In this document: positions 48,283 through 57,010 of the stretch, in pieces
Numbering within the stretch: the stretch's first letter is position 1
Layout: the number at the start of each line of letters is the position of its first letter
Source of the DNA: Candidatus Eremiobacteria bacterium
GTDB lineage: Bacteria > Vulcanimicrobiota > Vulcanimicrobiia > Vulcanimicrobiales > Vulcanimicrobiaceae
Direction: 5' to 3'
NCBI GenBank assembly: GCA_963737065.1
Contig: CAVTRC010000001.1
Span: 2,336,001-2,400,000 of the forward strand
DNA: 64,000 nt
Program-made: the position numbers and the translations under genes
The notes under the pieces: model-generated
Databases searched by the model: none
The model's input: the letters and a program-made list of their open reading frames with translations, nothing else
Told to the model about the DNA's origin: nothing

Positions 48283-49143
48283 GTGACGCTTTTGCAAGCC
48301 GTTGTGTTGGCGCTGCTCCAAGGGATAAGCGAACTGTTTCCTGTTTCCAGCCTCGGACACACGATTCTCGTGCCGGCCGTGCTTCATTGGGACAACATCA
48401 ATCGTTCCGATCCAACGTTTCTCGCGTTCGTCGTCGTGCTGCATCTCGGCACCGCGCTTGCGCTTATCGCGTTCTATCGCAGGCAGTGGGCCGCAATTGT
48501 TCGCGCGCTGATCGCGAGCGTTGTTCGGGGAAAATTGTCGAACGATCGCGATGAGCGAATCGGATGGCTCCTGGTCGTCGGTACGATTCCCGTCGGCATT
48601 CTTGGTGTAATTTTCGAAGAACCGGTACGTGCGCTTTTCGGATCGCCCGCGCCCGCGGCGATGTTCCTCGCGATCAACGGCATCGTCATGTTTACCGGAG
48701 AGGCGCTCCGGCGGCGGCAGCAAACCGCTGCGCACCGCGATGACCGGCCGATGCAAAGCCTGTCGTTCTTTCAGAGTGCGCTCGTCGGATTCGCGCAAAG
48801 CTTCGCGCTGCTGCCCGGGATCTCGCGCTCCGGCGCGTCGATGGTCGCCGGCCTCTTGTGCGATCTCGATCACGAAGACGCCGCACACTTTTCGTTTCTG
48901 CTCGCAACGCCCGTAATTTTTGCAGCAGCACTTCTCGAGATTCCAAAACTGTTCGCGCCGGAGGCGCACGTCGTTGCACTACAGGCGGTTATCGGCGGAA
49001 TTCTCGCGGGGATCGCGGCGTATTGGTCCGTTGCGTTCTTGACTCGTTACTTCAAGTCGAACGATCTGCGCCCGTTCGGCTGGTATTGCGTGATCGGCGG
49101 CGCGGTCTGTTTCGTTCTTAGCCGTTTGGGGGTGCTTTCATGA
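48283..49143 (+). CDS. uppP: Undecaprenyl-diphosphate phosphatase
   Basis: QGISELFPVSSLGH, LPGISRSG, FSFLLATP. Confidence 0.94.
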   Translation: MTLLQAVVLALLQGISELFPVSSLGHTILVPAVLHWDNINRSDPTFLAFVVVLHLGTALALIAFYRRQWAAIVRALIASVVRGKLSNDRDERIGWLLVVGTIPVGILGVIFEEPVRALFGSPAPAAMFLAINGIVMFTGEALRRRQQTAAHRDDRPMQSLSFFQSALVGFAQSFALLPGISRSGASMVAGLLCDLDHEDAAHFSFLLATPVIFAAALLEIPKLFAPEAHVVALQAVIGGILAGIAAYWSVAFLTRYFKSNDLRPFGWYCVIGGAVCFVLSRLGVLS

Positions 49144-49334
49144 AAGCTCTTGCAGTCGTTCTTGCGATCGTGTTCTTCGTTCTGGGATTGCTCTATGGAC
49201 TCGGCACGGTCAACGTGTTCACGAAGTCAGGCACCGAGCACGCGCACCATATGACCCACCTCGTGGTCTGCTGGGTCCTAGCGCTTCTTTGCTTGATCTG
49301 GTACCGGTTCCAAAGCTCGGCTGCTGCCCGGTAA
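49140..49334 (+). CDS. Small 2-TM membrane protein
   Basis: ATGA overlap with uppP; HAHH loop. Confidence 0.6.
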   Translation: MKALAVVLAIVFFVLGLLYGLGTVNVFTKSGTEHAHHMTHLVVCWVLALLCLIWYRFQSSAAAR

Positions 49335-49423
49335 AACGACGACCCTCTAGGAAGAAAAGCCCTATCCTGTTCGGCCGTTCGCACCGCGAGCGGCCGTTCG
49401 CGCTCTCATACCATCATCATACG

Positions 49424-50494
49424 ATGCGTCGAATTCTGATTGTTGCTGCCTGCATAGCGCTGGTTGCCGGTTGTGGAGGTGGCGGTGGAGGAGGCTCTAC
49501 GCCGCCGACGACGGTGACGGCTGCGCCGGGGAGCCCAACGCCGCCTGCGAGCACGCCCTCGCCCACGACCAAGCCGACCGCAACGCCGACAGGTAAGCCG
49601 TCGACCTCGCCCTCACCGACGACACGGCCGACCGGTTCGCCAACCGCGCTGCCGACGAATTCACCCACCGTGGCTCCGCCAACGCCTCCCCCGACGCCGA
49701 CGGCTACACCGACGCCCACCGCGAAGCCTACGCCTACGGCGACGCCGACTGCAAGTCCGACGCCGACGTCCATCACTCCGGGATGGAGCGGGAACAATCT
49801 TTCGACGGAGTACGAATATACCAACTCGAAAACCGGCGTGACGCATGCCGCGGTAATCAACGGTCAAGTCACAACGGCGTTCAATCCGCCGAGCCAATAC
49901 GGGGATACGCCTTCAGGCGGTCATGGGCCGATCGGCAACGTCGTAGACAACGTGCCGTGCGAAGTGGAAATGTCGAACAACTACCACATCCACGTCTTCA
50001 TCGGCATCTACTACAACGGGCAAGAGATCGCATTGCCGACCGGAACCGGCGTGGTCGAACCGGTGATCGATTCCTACGGTGACGACAACTACGGCACGCA
50101 GTGCTTCTACTTTACGCACACGCACGATTCGACCGGCGTGGTTCATGTTGAATCGGATAACGGCGGTGTCGTCGAACCAACGCCGACAGATTCGAAGTTC
50201 GTGCTGGGTCAGTATTTGCAGGTCTGGGGTATTACAGCGACCTGTCCGACCGGTGTGCCCGGATGCATGGGACAATTCGGTCCCTTCAACGGGCCGATCG
50301 AAGTCTTCACGTCGGGGCAAGTATATCGCGGTTCGCATACACCGGGTTGGCCGGTTACCAAAGAGCAGGACCTCACTCCCTGGTACGGCGATCCGAATAG
50401 CATCCCGCTGTACTCACACGAAGTAATCTGGTTTCTCATCGGCCCGAACTATCCGTCGACGTTACCGGGCGTGAAGTTCGCCGAAGAGTTCTAA
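49424..50494 (+). CDS. Lipoprotein with Pro/Thr-rich linker and His-rich C-terminal domain
   Basis: LVAGC lipobox; PT repeats; YHIHV, THTHDSTGVVHVES. Confidence 0.75.
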   Translation: MRRILIVAACIALVAGCGGGGGGGSTPPTTVTAAPGSPTPPASTPSPTTKPTATPTGKPSTSPSPTTRPTGSPTALPTNSPTVAPPTPPPTPTATPTPTAKPTPTATPTASPTPTSITPGWSGNNLSTEYEYTNSKTGVTHAAVINGQVTTAFNPPSQYGDTPSGGHGPIGNVVDNVPCEVEMSNNYHIHVFIGIYYNGQEIALPTGTGVVEPVIDSYGDDNYGTQCFYFTHTHDSTGVVHVESDNGGVVEPTPTDSKFVLGQYLQVWGITATCPTGVPGCMGQFGPFNGPIEVFTSGQVYRGSHTPGWPVTKEQDLTPWYGDPNSIPLYSHEVIWFLIGPNYPSTLPGVKFAEEF

Positions 50495-50511
50495 CGCCGG
50501 CTCGTAAACGC

Positions 50512-50543
50512 AAAGCCCGCCGAAACGTTTCGGCGGGCTTTTG
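50512..50543. terminator. Bidirectional terminator hairpin
   Basis: AAAGCCCGCCGAAAC/GTTTCGGCGGGCTTTT between convergent genes. Confidence 0.8.
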
Positions 50544-50544
50544 C

Positions 50545-51459
50545 TTATTTCGTCGCGACGAGGTAGATTTCGCATGCGTGCGGCGCGATGATCCGCACGT
50601 TCGGGCGCGCGTTGCGAACGATCGGTTCCAGTTCGGGCAGGCGTTGTTCCGTCGTTTGCACGATCGCGACGGGATACTGTTGCGCGGCAGAAAGAATCGA
50701 TGCGATCGCGCGCGCGTATGCCGCGGCGTCGGACGCGCGTGCGCCGAGCAGCGAATCGCGGTACGCGTGCTCGATGGTGAAATACGGATTGCCTTGCCAC
50801 CACGCTTCCCACATCCAGATGCGTGCGTCGGCACTGCGGAACGAATTGCGCGCGGGCGGCGCAAGGAAGAGCGCATCACCGCTCTGCGCGCTCATCGTTG
50901 CCAGGACGTCGGCTTGGCGAATCGTATTACGGCGCATGTTCGGCGTGACCCACTGTTCGGTCTGACGAATGTACGTCCACGCAAGCTCGCTCGGTGGAAC
51001 GTCTTGCATGTCGTCGGGCGACTGTGTCTTTTCGAGCCAATAGCAAAACGCGCGCCACAACCCGATGATCGCGAGGCCGGTTTGCTGATCGCTTCTCAGA
51101 TTGCGCACGTTGTCGTGCCATACGCCTAAATAGACGCACTGCTCCTCGCTGAAGAAGACGCCTTCCCAAGCTTTGAACGTGTCGAGCGTGTAGATGCGCC
51201 CCGGCAGCATCTCGACGATTTCCGCCACTTCGTTGTCGCGCAGATACGTCATATCGTTGACGACGAGTCCTTCACCCGCCCGCACGAACCACTCGAGTAA
51301 GTCGCCGCCGTGTACCGCGATGCCATGGCGCTTCAGGTAATTCAAGTGCGTCGGCAGCCCCATGAAGGGATCGACGAGACTCGTACATTCGTATTCCGTG
51401 AGGATTTCATGCAGGCGCGACGGTGAGACGCGGCGCGTGCGTTCGTGCAGCTCGATCAC
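50545..51459 (-). CDS. Hypothetical protein resembling a degenerate DNA adenine methyltransferase
   Basis: LVDPFMG motif-I-like segment; DALFLAPPA where DPPY is expected. Confidence 0.55.
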   Translation of the reverse strand: MIELHERTRRVSPSRLHEILTEYECTSLVDPFMGLPTHLNYLKRHGIAVHGGDLLEWFVRAGEGLVVNDMTYLRDNEVAEIVEMLPGRIYTLDTFKAWEGVFFSEEQCVYLGVWHDNVRNLRSDQQTGLAIIGLWRAFCYWLEKTQSPDDMQDVPPSELAWTYIRQTEQWVTPNMRRNTIRQADVLATMSAQSGDALFLAPPARNSFRSADARIWMWEAWWQGNPYFTIEHAYRDSLLGARASDAAAYARAIASILSAAQQYPVAIVQTTEQRLPELEPIVRNARPNVRIIAPHACEIYLVATK

Positions 51460-52598
51460 GCGTGTGCCTTTGCCGTTTCCATGACGGCGCGCACGACTTT
51501 GGGATCGAACTGCGTTCCGGCCGCATCGTCCAGACGCTCGCCGCGATCGAGTCGCGCATACGCGATGGCCGATGCGAGGACGGACGCCGCGCGAATTATC
51601 TCGTTCCCGCGCGCGCCGTTGGGTTTCCCGGTTCCGTCAAACCATTCGCTTCGCATCGCAACGATCGGTGCGGCGGACGCGAGCGCAGTGTATGGCCGCG
51701 CAAACTCGGCGGCGGCAGCGGCGTTCGATGCGCGGAGCTCGATTCCTAAGCGCGCGAGCGGATCGAACTGTTCGTCTTCTCCGACATCTTTCGCGATCTC
51801 GCCCGCGCCGAAAATACGGCACGCGAGCGCGAGATCGACACGTGCGCGCTCGTCAAAACCGAGCGCGCACGCAGTGCCGTCCGCGAGAGCCGCAACGCGC
51901 CGCCATCGGCCGCTAACGCCGTTGTGATGATCGATCGCATCGGCCATTGCATCGAGAAGCGCTGCCGGGGAGGTCGTCTCTCCGAGCGCTTCGACGGGCA
52001 TTGCGATCGGTGACGCTTCGCCCGCGTTGATATGAAACCACATGCTGAACGTTCGCGTGTGTTGCGGCCCGAACGCGCGTCCGCTCTGCAACCCGATTGC
52101 GTTGAGCGCTTCCTCAGCGTCGTCCGCGCGAAGGAAGAAATCGGCTAAGGCAAGGAGCTGGGCGCTTTGCGGGATTCCGTACCAGCGAAGTTGATCGGGA
52201 AAGCCGGTGCCGTCCCAGCACTCGCACTGCCAGCGCACGATATCGCTCGTCTGCGCCGGAAGCGACGTCACCGATGCACAGAACCGCGCGCCGCGGGCTG
52301 GGACATCCCACCGTGCCATACGTGCGTTGCGATCGCCGAGCGTCTCGCCCTTGCGATACGCGATACTGCCGATTGCGCCCGTTGCGTGGAGCAATCCGGC
52401 GAAATAAAGCGCCGCGCGTTCGGCTTGCGAAGTTTTTGCGATGTCGGCAAGCGCAACCGCCAGCGATGCCTTACGCACCGCGGTACCGGGCGAATTGCCG
52501 ATCGCGGCGTCACTAACCGCGCCATACCAAGACAGAACATCGGCGAGCCGAGCGCGTCCGGTCCGAGGATCGCCGCCGGTGTCCTGGAATAGCGTCAT
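51456..52598 (-). CDS. Tandem degenerate HD-GYP-like domain protein
   Basis: GLLHATG, ECWDGTGFPDQL, EWFDGTGKPNG, GTQFDPKVV. Confidence 0.75.
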   Translation of the reverse strand: MTLFQDTGGDPRTGRARLADVLSWYGAVSDAAIGNSPGTAVRKASLAVALADIAKTSQAERAALYFAGLLHATGAIGSIAYRKGETLGDRNARMARWDVPARGARFCASVTSLPAQTSDIVRWQCECWDGTGFPDQLRWYGIPQSAQLLALADFFLRADDAEEALNAIGLQSGRAFGPQHTRTFSMWFHINAGEASPIAMPVEALGETTSPAALLDAMADAIDHHNGVSGRWRRVAALADGTACALGFDERARVDLALACRIFGAGEIAKDVGEDEQFDPLARLGIELRASNAAAAAEFARPYTALASAAPIVAMRSEWFDGTGKPNGARGNEIIRAASVLASAIAYARLDRGERLDDAAGTQFDPKVVRAVMETAKAHA

Positions 52599-52623
52599 CT
52601 CTTTCCGCGATTTACATATTGCC

Positions 52624-53094
52624 GTGCAGAAACCCTCACATATTTTGCCCGATGGCAGCATTTCGATGGTCGACGTATCGGAGAAAGCTGTTACCGCAAG
52701 AACCGCACGCGCGGAAGCGCGCGTACGATTTCAATCCAACGCAGCCCAAGCGCTTCGGGACGCAACGCTTCCAAAGGGAGATGCGTTCGTTACGGCGCAG
52801 ATCGCCGGTGTTATGGCGGCCAAGCAGGCATCGTCGTTAATCCCGCTCACGCATCCGCTCCCGCTAACGCACGTCGACGTGTCGTTCGAGTGGATCGATG
52901 ATAACGTGTTACGTGTCGATGCCGTCGCGGCGACGAGCGCGCAGACGGGCGTTGAAATGGAAGCAATGGTGGCCGCGAGCGTCGCCGCGCTCACGATCTA
53001 TGACATGACGAAGGGAATCGACAAGGGCATCACGATCGAAGCGGTGCGCCTGCTGGAAAAAACCGGCGGCAAGAGCGGCCGGTGGCACGCGTGA
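52624..53094 (+). CDS. moaC: Cyclic pyranopterin monophosphate synthase
   Basis: MVDVSEK, LIPLTHP, TGVEMEA, TIYDM, KTGGKSG. Confidence 0.95.
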   Translation: MQKPSHILPDGSISMVDVSEKAVTARTARAEARVRFQSNAAQALRDATLPKGDAFVTAQIAGVMAAKQASSLIPLTHPLPLTHVDVSFEWIDDNVLRVDAVAATSAQTGVEMEAMVAASVAALTIYDMTKGIDKGITIEAVRLLEKTGGKSGRWHA

Positions 53095-53573
53095 CGTACA
53101 CTGCCGCATTGATCGTGCTTTCCGACCGCGCGGCGGAAGGCTCACGTGCCGACGCGTGCATTCCCGTGATGCGCGAGCGGCTGGGCGCCGCGTATGCGAT
53201 CGTTCGTGAACTCATACTTCCCGACGATCCGGGGACGCTGCAAGCGGAACTGATCGATCTTGCGGATACCGGCGCCGCATCGCTCATCTTAACGAGCGGC
53301 GGAACCGGGCTCTCATCGCGCGATCGAACGCCGCAAGCGACGATCGCCGTCCTCGATTACGAGGTGCCGGGGATCGCCGAAGCGATTCGCGCCGCGTCGG
53401 TGCCACTCGTGAAAACGGCGATGCTTTCCCGCGCAACAGCCGGCGTGCGCCATCGTAGTTTGATCGTCAACCTGCCCGGCAGTCCGAAGGCCGTCGCCGA
53501 ATCGCTCGACGTCATCGTCCCGGTCTTGCCGCATGCGCTCGAATTACTCTCCGATGCGCTCGTCGACGGGTAA
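53082..53573 (+). CDS. MogA/MoaB molybdenum cofactor biosynthesis protein
   Basis: LSDR, TSGGTG, RDRTP, LSRA, NLPGSPKA. Confidence 0.92.
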   Translation: MARVTYTAALIVLSDRAAEGSRADACIPVMRERLGAAYAIVRELILPDDPGTLQAELIDLADTGAASLILTSGGTGLSSRDRTPQATIAVLDYEVPGIAEAIRAASVPLVKTAMLSRATAGVRHRSLIVNLPGSPKAVAESLDVIVPVLPHALELLSDALVDG

Positions 53574-53582
53574 CGTCAGCTA

Positions 53583-54896
53583 ATGGATTTTGCGGCGGCG
53601 CAGAATTACCTGATCGGGACGATCAACGAAACCGTATCGCGGCGGATGCCGTATCGGCTAGAGCGCATGCGCACGTTTATGTCCGAACTGGGCGATCCGC
53701 AAGATACGTATCCGACGATTCACATCGGCGGCACGAGCGGAAAAGGTTCGACGTCAACCATGGTCGCCGCAATGATCGGCTCGGCAGGGAAACGCGTCGG
53801 GCTGCATACCAAGCCGCACTTGAAATCGATGACCGAGCGCGCGCGTATCAACGGCTTGGCGATTTCCGAGGAACGGTTCGCGCATATTTTGCAGTCAATG
53901 ATGCCGGCGATCGATCGCACGGCGCAAGTGGCCGGGCGTCCGACGTATTACGAGACGTTGCTTGCAATTGCGTTTGTTTATTTTGCCGAGGAGCACGTTG
54001 ACGTCGCGGTCATCGAAGTTGGATTGGGCGGCCGCGTGGACGGAACCAACGTCATTACGCCGCTCGTTTCGGCGATTACGTCGATCGGATTCGATCACAT
54101 GGACGTGCTCGGCGAAAGGCTTGAAGAGATCGCGCTCGAGAAGGCGGGTATTGCAAAGTCCGGCGTTCCGCTCGTGAGTCTCGTCGAAGACGCCGGTGCG
54201 CGCGCCGTTGTCGAGGAAGCTGCGCGGCGCGCCGGCGCGCCGTTCATCGACGTCGCGGCGACTGTGAGCATCGAGGATGTACGGCTTTCTCCCGACGGAC
54301 AGTCCTTCGCCATCATCACGCCCGGCACGCGCTACGGTCTTTCGACGCCGATGCTCGGCGAATTTCAACGCCGGAACGCATCGACCGCAATCTCCGTTGG
54401 GGAAGCGCTCCCGCCGGCATTTCGTCCTACCGTTCGCGACGTAGAAGAAGCGTTCGCGTCGCTGACGATTCCCGGGCGCATGGAGTACTATCCGGGACAT
54501 CCCGGCGTGCTCTTCGACATTGCGCACAACGCGGAAAAAGCGGAGCATCTCGTGCGGTCACTGCAAGAGCACTTTCCCAATCGCCGCTTCACGTTCGTCG
54601 TCGCGATCGGCGAAAGCAAGGACTCGTACGAGATCCTGCGGCGCTTCGCTGCGCTACCGCTCAAGTTCATCTTTACGTCGTTCGAAATCGCCGGGCGTAC
54701 GGCGACGAAGCCTCAACGATTGGCGGCGATTGCGGAGTCGCTCGGTTCGTGGGGACGAGTCGTGCAAGATCCGGTCGAGGCGATGGAGATCGCGCGCCGG
54801 ACGAGCGGCGCCGATGAAATCATCGTCGTCACGGGTTCTACCTTTATCGTTGCAGAGATCCGAGGGTGGTGGTTAGGGACGATCGTCGCGGCGTAA
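53583..54896 (+). CDS. folC: Dihydrofolate/folylpolyglutamate synthase
   Basis: HIGGTSGKGST, EVGLGGRVDGTNV, DIAHN, VTGS. Confidence 0.95.
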   Translation: MDFAAAQNYLIGTINETVSRRMPYRLERMRTFMSELGDPQDTYPTIHIGGTSGKGSTSTMVAAMIGSAGKRVGLHTKPHLKSMTERARINGLAISEERFAHILQSMMPAIDRTAQVAGRPTYYETLLAIAFVYFAEEHVDVAVIEVGLGGRVDGTNVITPLVSAITSIGFDHMDVLGERLEEIALEKAGIAKSGVPLVSLVEDAGARAVVEEAARRAGAPFIDVAATVSIEDVRLSPDGQSFAIITPGTRYGLSTPMLGEFQRRNASTAISVGEALPPAFRPTVRDVEEAFASLTIPGRMEYYPGHPGVLFDIAHNAEKAEHLVRSLQEHFPNRRFTFVVAIGESKDSYEILRRFAALPLKFIFTSFEIAGRTATKPQRLAAIAESLGSWGRVVQDPVEAMEIARRTSGADEIIVVTGSTFIVAEIRGWWLGTIVAA

Positions 54897-55717
54897 TGCG
54901 CGTTCGCGCCAAAGACTTCGCGTGGGGAGGTTGCACGTATTTGATGGCGATCGTCAACGTCACGCCCGATTCCTTTTCCGGTGATGGACGCAAGCCCGAT
55001 GATGCGATCGAACACGCGGTGCGACAATGGCAGGCCGGCGCCGACATTCTCGATATCGGCGGTGAGTCGACGCGTCCCGGACACGAACCGGTCGACGACG
55101 CATTAGAGATCGAACGCATCCGTCCCGTCATCAGCGCAATCCGCCAGCGCCTTCCGCAAGCAATCATTTCCGTCGATACGTACAAGCCGGACGTTGCGCG
55201 CGCCGCGTACGCAGCGGGCGCGGACATGATCAACTCCGTGTGGGGCGCACCAAACGAGTTGATCGACGTTGCCGCCGAACTCGGGATGCCGCTCGCGGCG
55301 ATGCATAATCAGCGCGATACGCAGTATCATGGCGACGTCGTCGATGCCGTCGTCGAATTCTTGAGCGATTGCGTGGACCGCGCGAACGCTCGCGGACTTG
55401 CGGGACGCGTATTGCTGGATCCGGGAATTGGTTTCGGCAAGACGCCGAACCAAAACATCCGCGTGTTGCGCGGACTTCATCGCGTCTGCGCGCTCGGCTA
55501 TCCGACATTGCTTGGAACGTCACGAAAATCGACGATCGGAAAATTGACGGGGCGCGAAGCGCACGAACGGATTTACGGAACGGCCGCAACGACGGCGCTC
55601 GGTATCGCGGCCGGGATCGACATCGTCCGCGCGCACGACATTGCCCAACAACGCGACGTGATCAGCGTCGCGGACGCAATCGTGCGTAACTGGAGGCCGG
55701 CCGGATGGACCGGATAA
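54896..55717 (+). CDS. folP: Dihydropteroate synthase
   Basis: NVTPDSFS, GGESTRPG, DPGIGFGK, SRKS. Confidence 0.96.
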   Translation: MRVRAKDFAWGGCTYLMAIVNVTPDSFSGDGRKPDDAIEHAVRQWQAGADILDIGGESTRPGHEPVDDALEIERIRPVISAIRQRLPQAIISVDTYKPDVARAAYAAGADMINSVWGAPNELIDVAAELGMPLAAMHNQRDTQYHGDVVDAVVEFLSDCVDRANARGLAGRVLLDPGIGFGKTPNQNIRVLRGLHRVCALGYPTLLGTSRKSTIGKLTGREAHERIYGTAATTALGIAAGIDIVRAHDIAQQRDVISVADAIVRNWRPAGWTG

Positions 55718-56061
55718 GCCTGCGAAACATCGTCGCGCACGGTAAACACGGTGCCAACCCCGGCGAACGCGATCGCGCGCAGCCGCTCCATATCGAAGTC
55801 GATCTGCTCGTCGATCTCAGCCGCTCCGGGCTCACCGACCAGCTGCACGACACCGTCGACTACGCGGTCGTGTATGAAACGATCGTGAAGATTGTCGAGG
55901 ATCGGTCGTTCCAGCTACTCGAGCGCGTAGCATCGGTCATTCTCGACGAAATCTTTCGCGATCCGCGAATTGTGCGCGCTTCATTGGCGATCGCGAAGCC
56001 CGATGTCCTCGACGGCGCGACGCCGATCGTCCGGCTCGAACGCGACAACAGGAAAGTATAG
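55705..56061 (+). CDS. folB: Dihydroneopterin aldolase
   Basis: HG...ER..Q, TVDY, LLERVA, KP. Confidence 0.93.
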   Translation: MDRISLRNIVAHGKHGANPGERDRAQPLHIEVDLLVDLSRSGLTDQLHDTVDYAVVYETIVKIVEDRSFQLLERVASVILDEIFRDPRIVRASLAIAKPDVLDGATPIVRLERDNRKV

Positions 56062-56064
56062 CTG

Positions 56065-56523
56065 TTGCCGCTTGCGTACATCTCGGTTGGATCGAATTTG
56101 GACGATCCGGTCACCCAAGTTCGGCGCGGCATCGAAGCGCTGCGTTTCTTTGGAGAGATCGCCGCCGTCTCTCCGTTCTATCGCGCGAAACCCTGGGGAA
56201 CGATTTTGGATCAGCCGGACTTCGTCAACGCCGTTGTTGCGCTCGATACGCATCGCGGCCCGCGGGACTTGCTCAATTCGTTGAAAGCCGAAGAGGCGCG
56301 ATTGGGCCGCGTCCCCGGCGAGCGCTGGGGTCCGCGCGCAATTGACTTCGATATCCTGACGTACGGAGAGGAAACGGTCGACGAGTACGACCTGCGCATA
56401 CCTCACCCGCGCATGAACGAACGTGCCTTCGTGCTCGTCCCGCTCGCCGATTTGGACGAACGCTATGCCTCGGCACGCGACGCGCTCGGCACGAATGAAC
56501 TGCACACCGTGCAGCGAGTGTAA
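56065..56523 (+). CDS. folK: HPPK (6-hydroxymethyl-7,8-dihydropterin pyrophosphokinase)
   Basis: GSNL, QPDFVNAV, RWGPRAIDFDIL, PHPRMNERAFVL. Confidence 0.95.
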   Translation: MPLAYISVGSNLDDPVTQVRRGIEALRFFGEIAAVSPFYRAKPWGTILDQPDFVNAVVALDTHRGPRDLLNSLKAEEARLGRVPGERWGPRAIDFDILTYGEETVDEYDLRIPHPRMNERAFVLVPLADLDERYASARDALGTNELHTVQRV

Positions 56524-56585
56524 CGGCTCGCGGGTATGTCCGCGAAAACGGGGCGGAGCGCAAGACCGGCGAAACGGTAGCGCTC

Positions 56586-57005
56586 ATGTCCGAAGAGCCG
56601 CCTTCTTCTCTTGTTTCTCGCGTTCGTACTCTGGCCGACTATTTCGTCGGCACGGACCTGTTGCGTCTGCGCATCGAGCGCGATACGGAAGAAATTGAGC
56701 TCGGACGGCGCCATCTTCGTCCGGAGCTGGTTCCGCCGCTCGCGAGCGAACTGACGGCCCACGAGGCGCCGCCGATCAAGCTCGATGCGATCAAAGCGGA
56801 TCTCGTGGGAATCTTCCGGTTGAGCCGTCCTGTGCCATCGCCCGGGGAGCTCCTTGAGAGCGACCGCGAACTGGCGTATGTGGAAGCGCTCGGTATTCGC
56901 AATCCCGTCCGTAGCCGAGGGGCCGGCCGTGTCGTCTCGATCCTGCCGCCTGACGGCGGCGCGGTGGAATACGGACAAGTACTCTTCGAGATCGACCGAG
57001 GATAA
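56586..57005 (+). CDS. BCCP/AccB-like protein lacking the biotinyl-lysine
   Basis: [17 protein letters not shown] (canonical EAMKxxN), [10 protein letters not shown]; directly upstream of accC. Confidence 0.8.
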   Translation: MSEEPPSSLVSRVRTLADYFVGTDLLRLRIERDTEEIELGRRHLRPELVPPLASELTAHEAPPIKLDAIKADLVGIFRLSRPVPSPGELLESDRELAYVEALGIRNPVRSRGAGRVVSILPPDGGAVEYGQVLFEIDRG

Positions 57006-57010
57006 GACCG

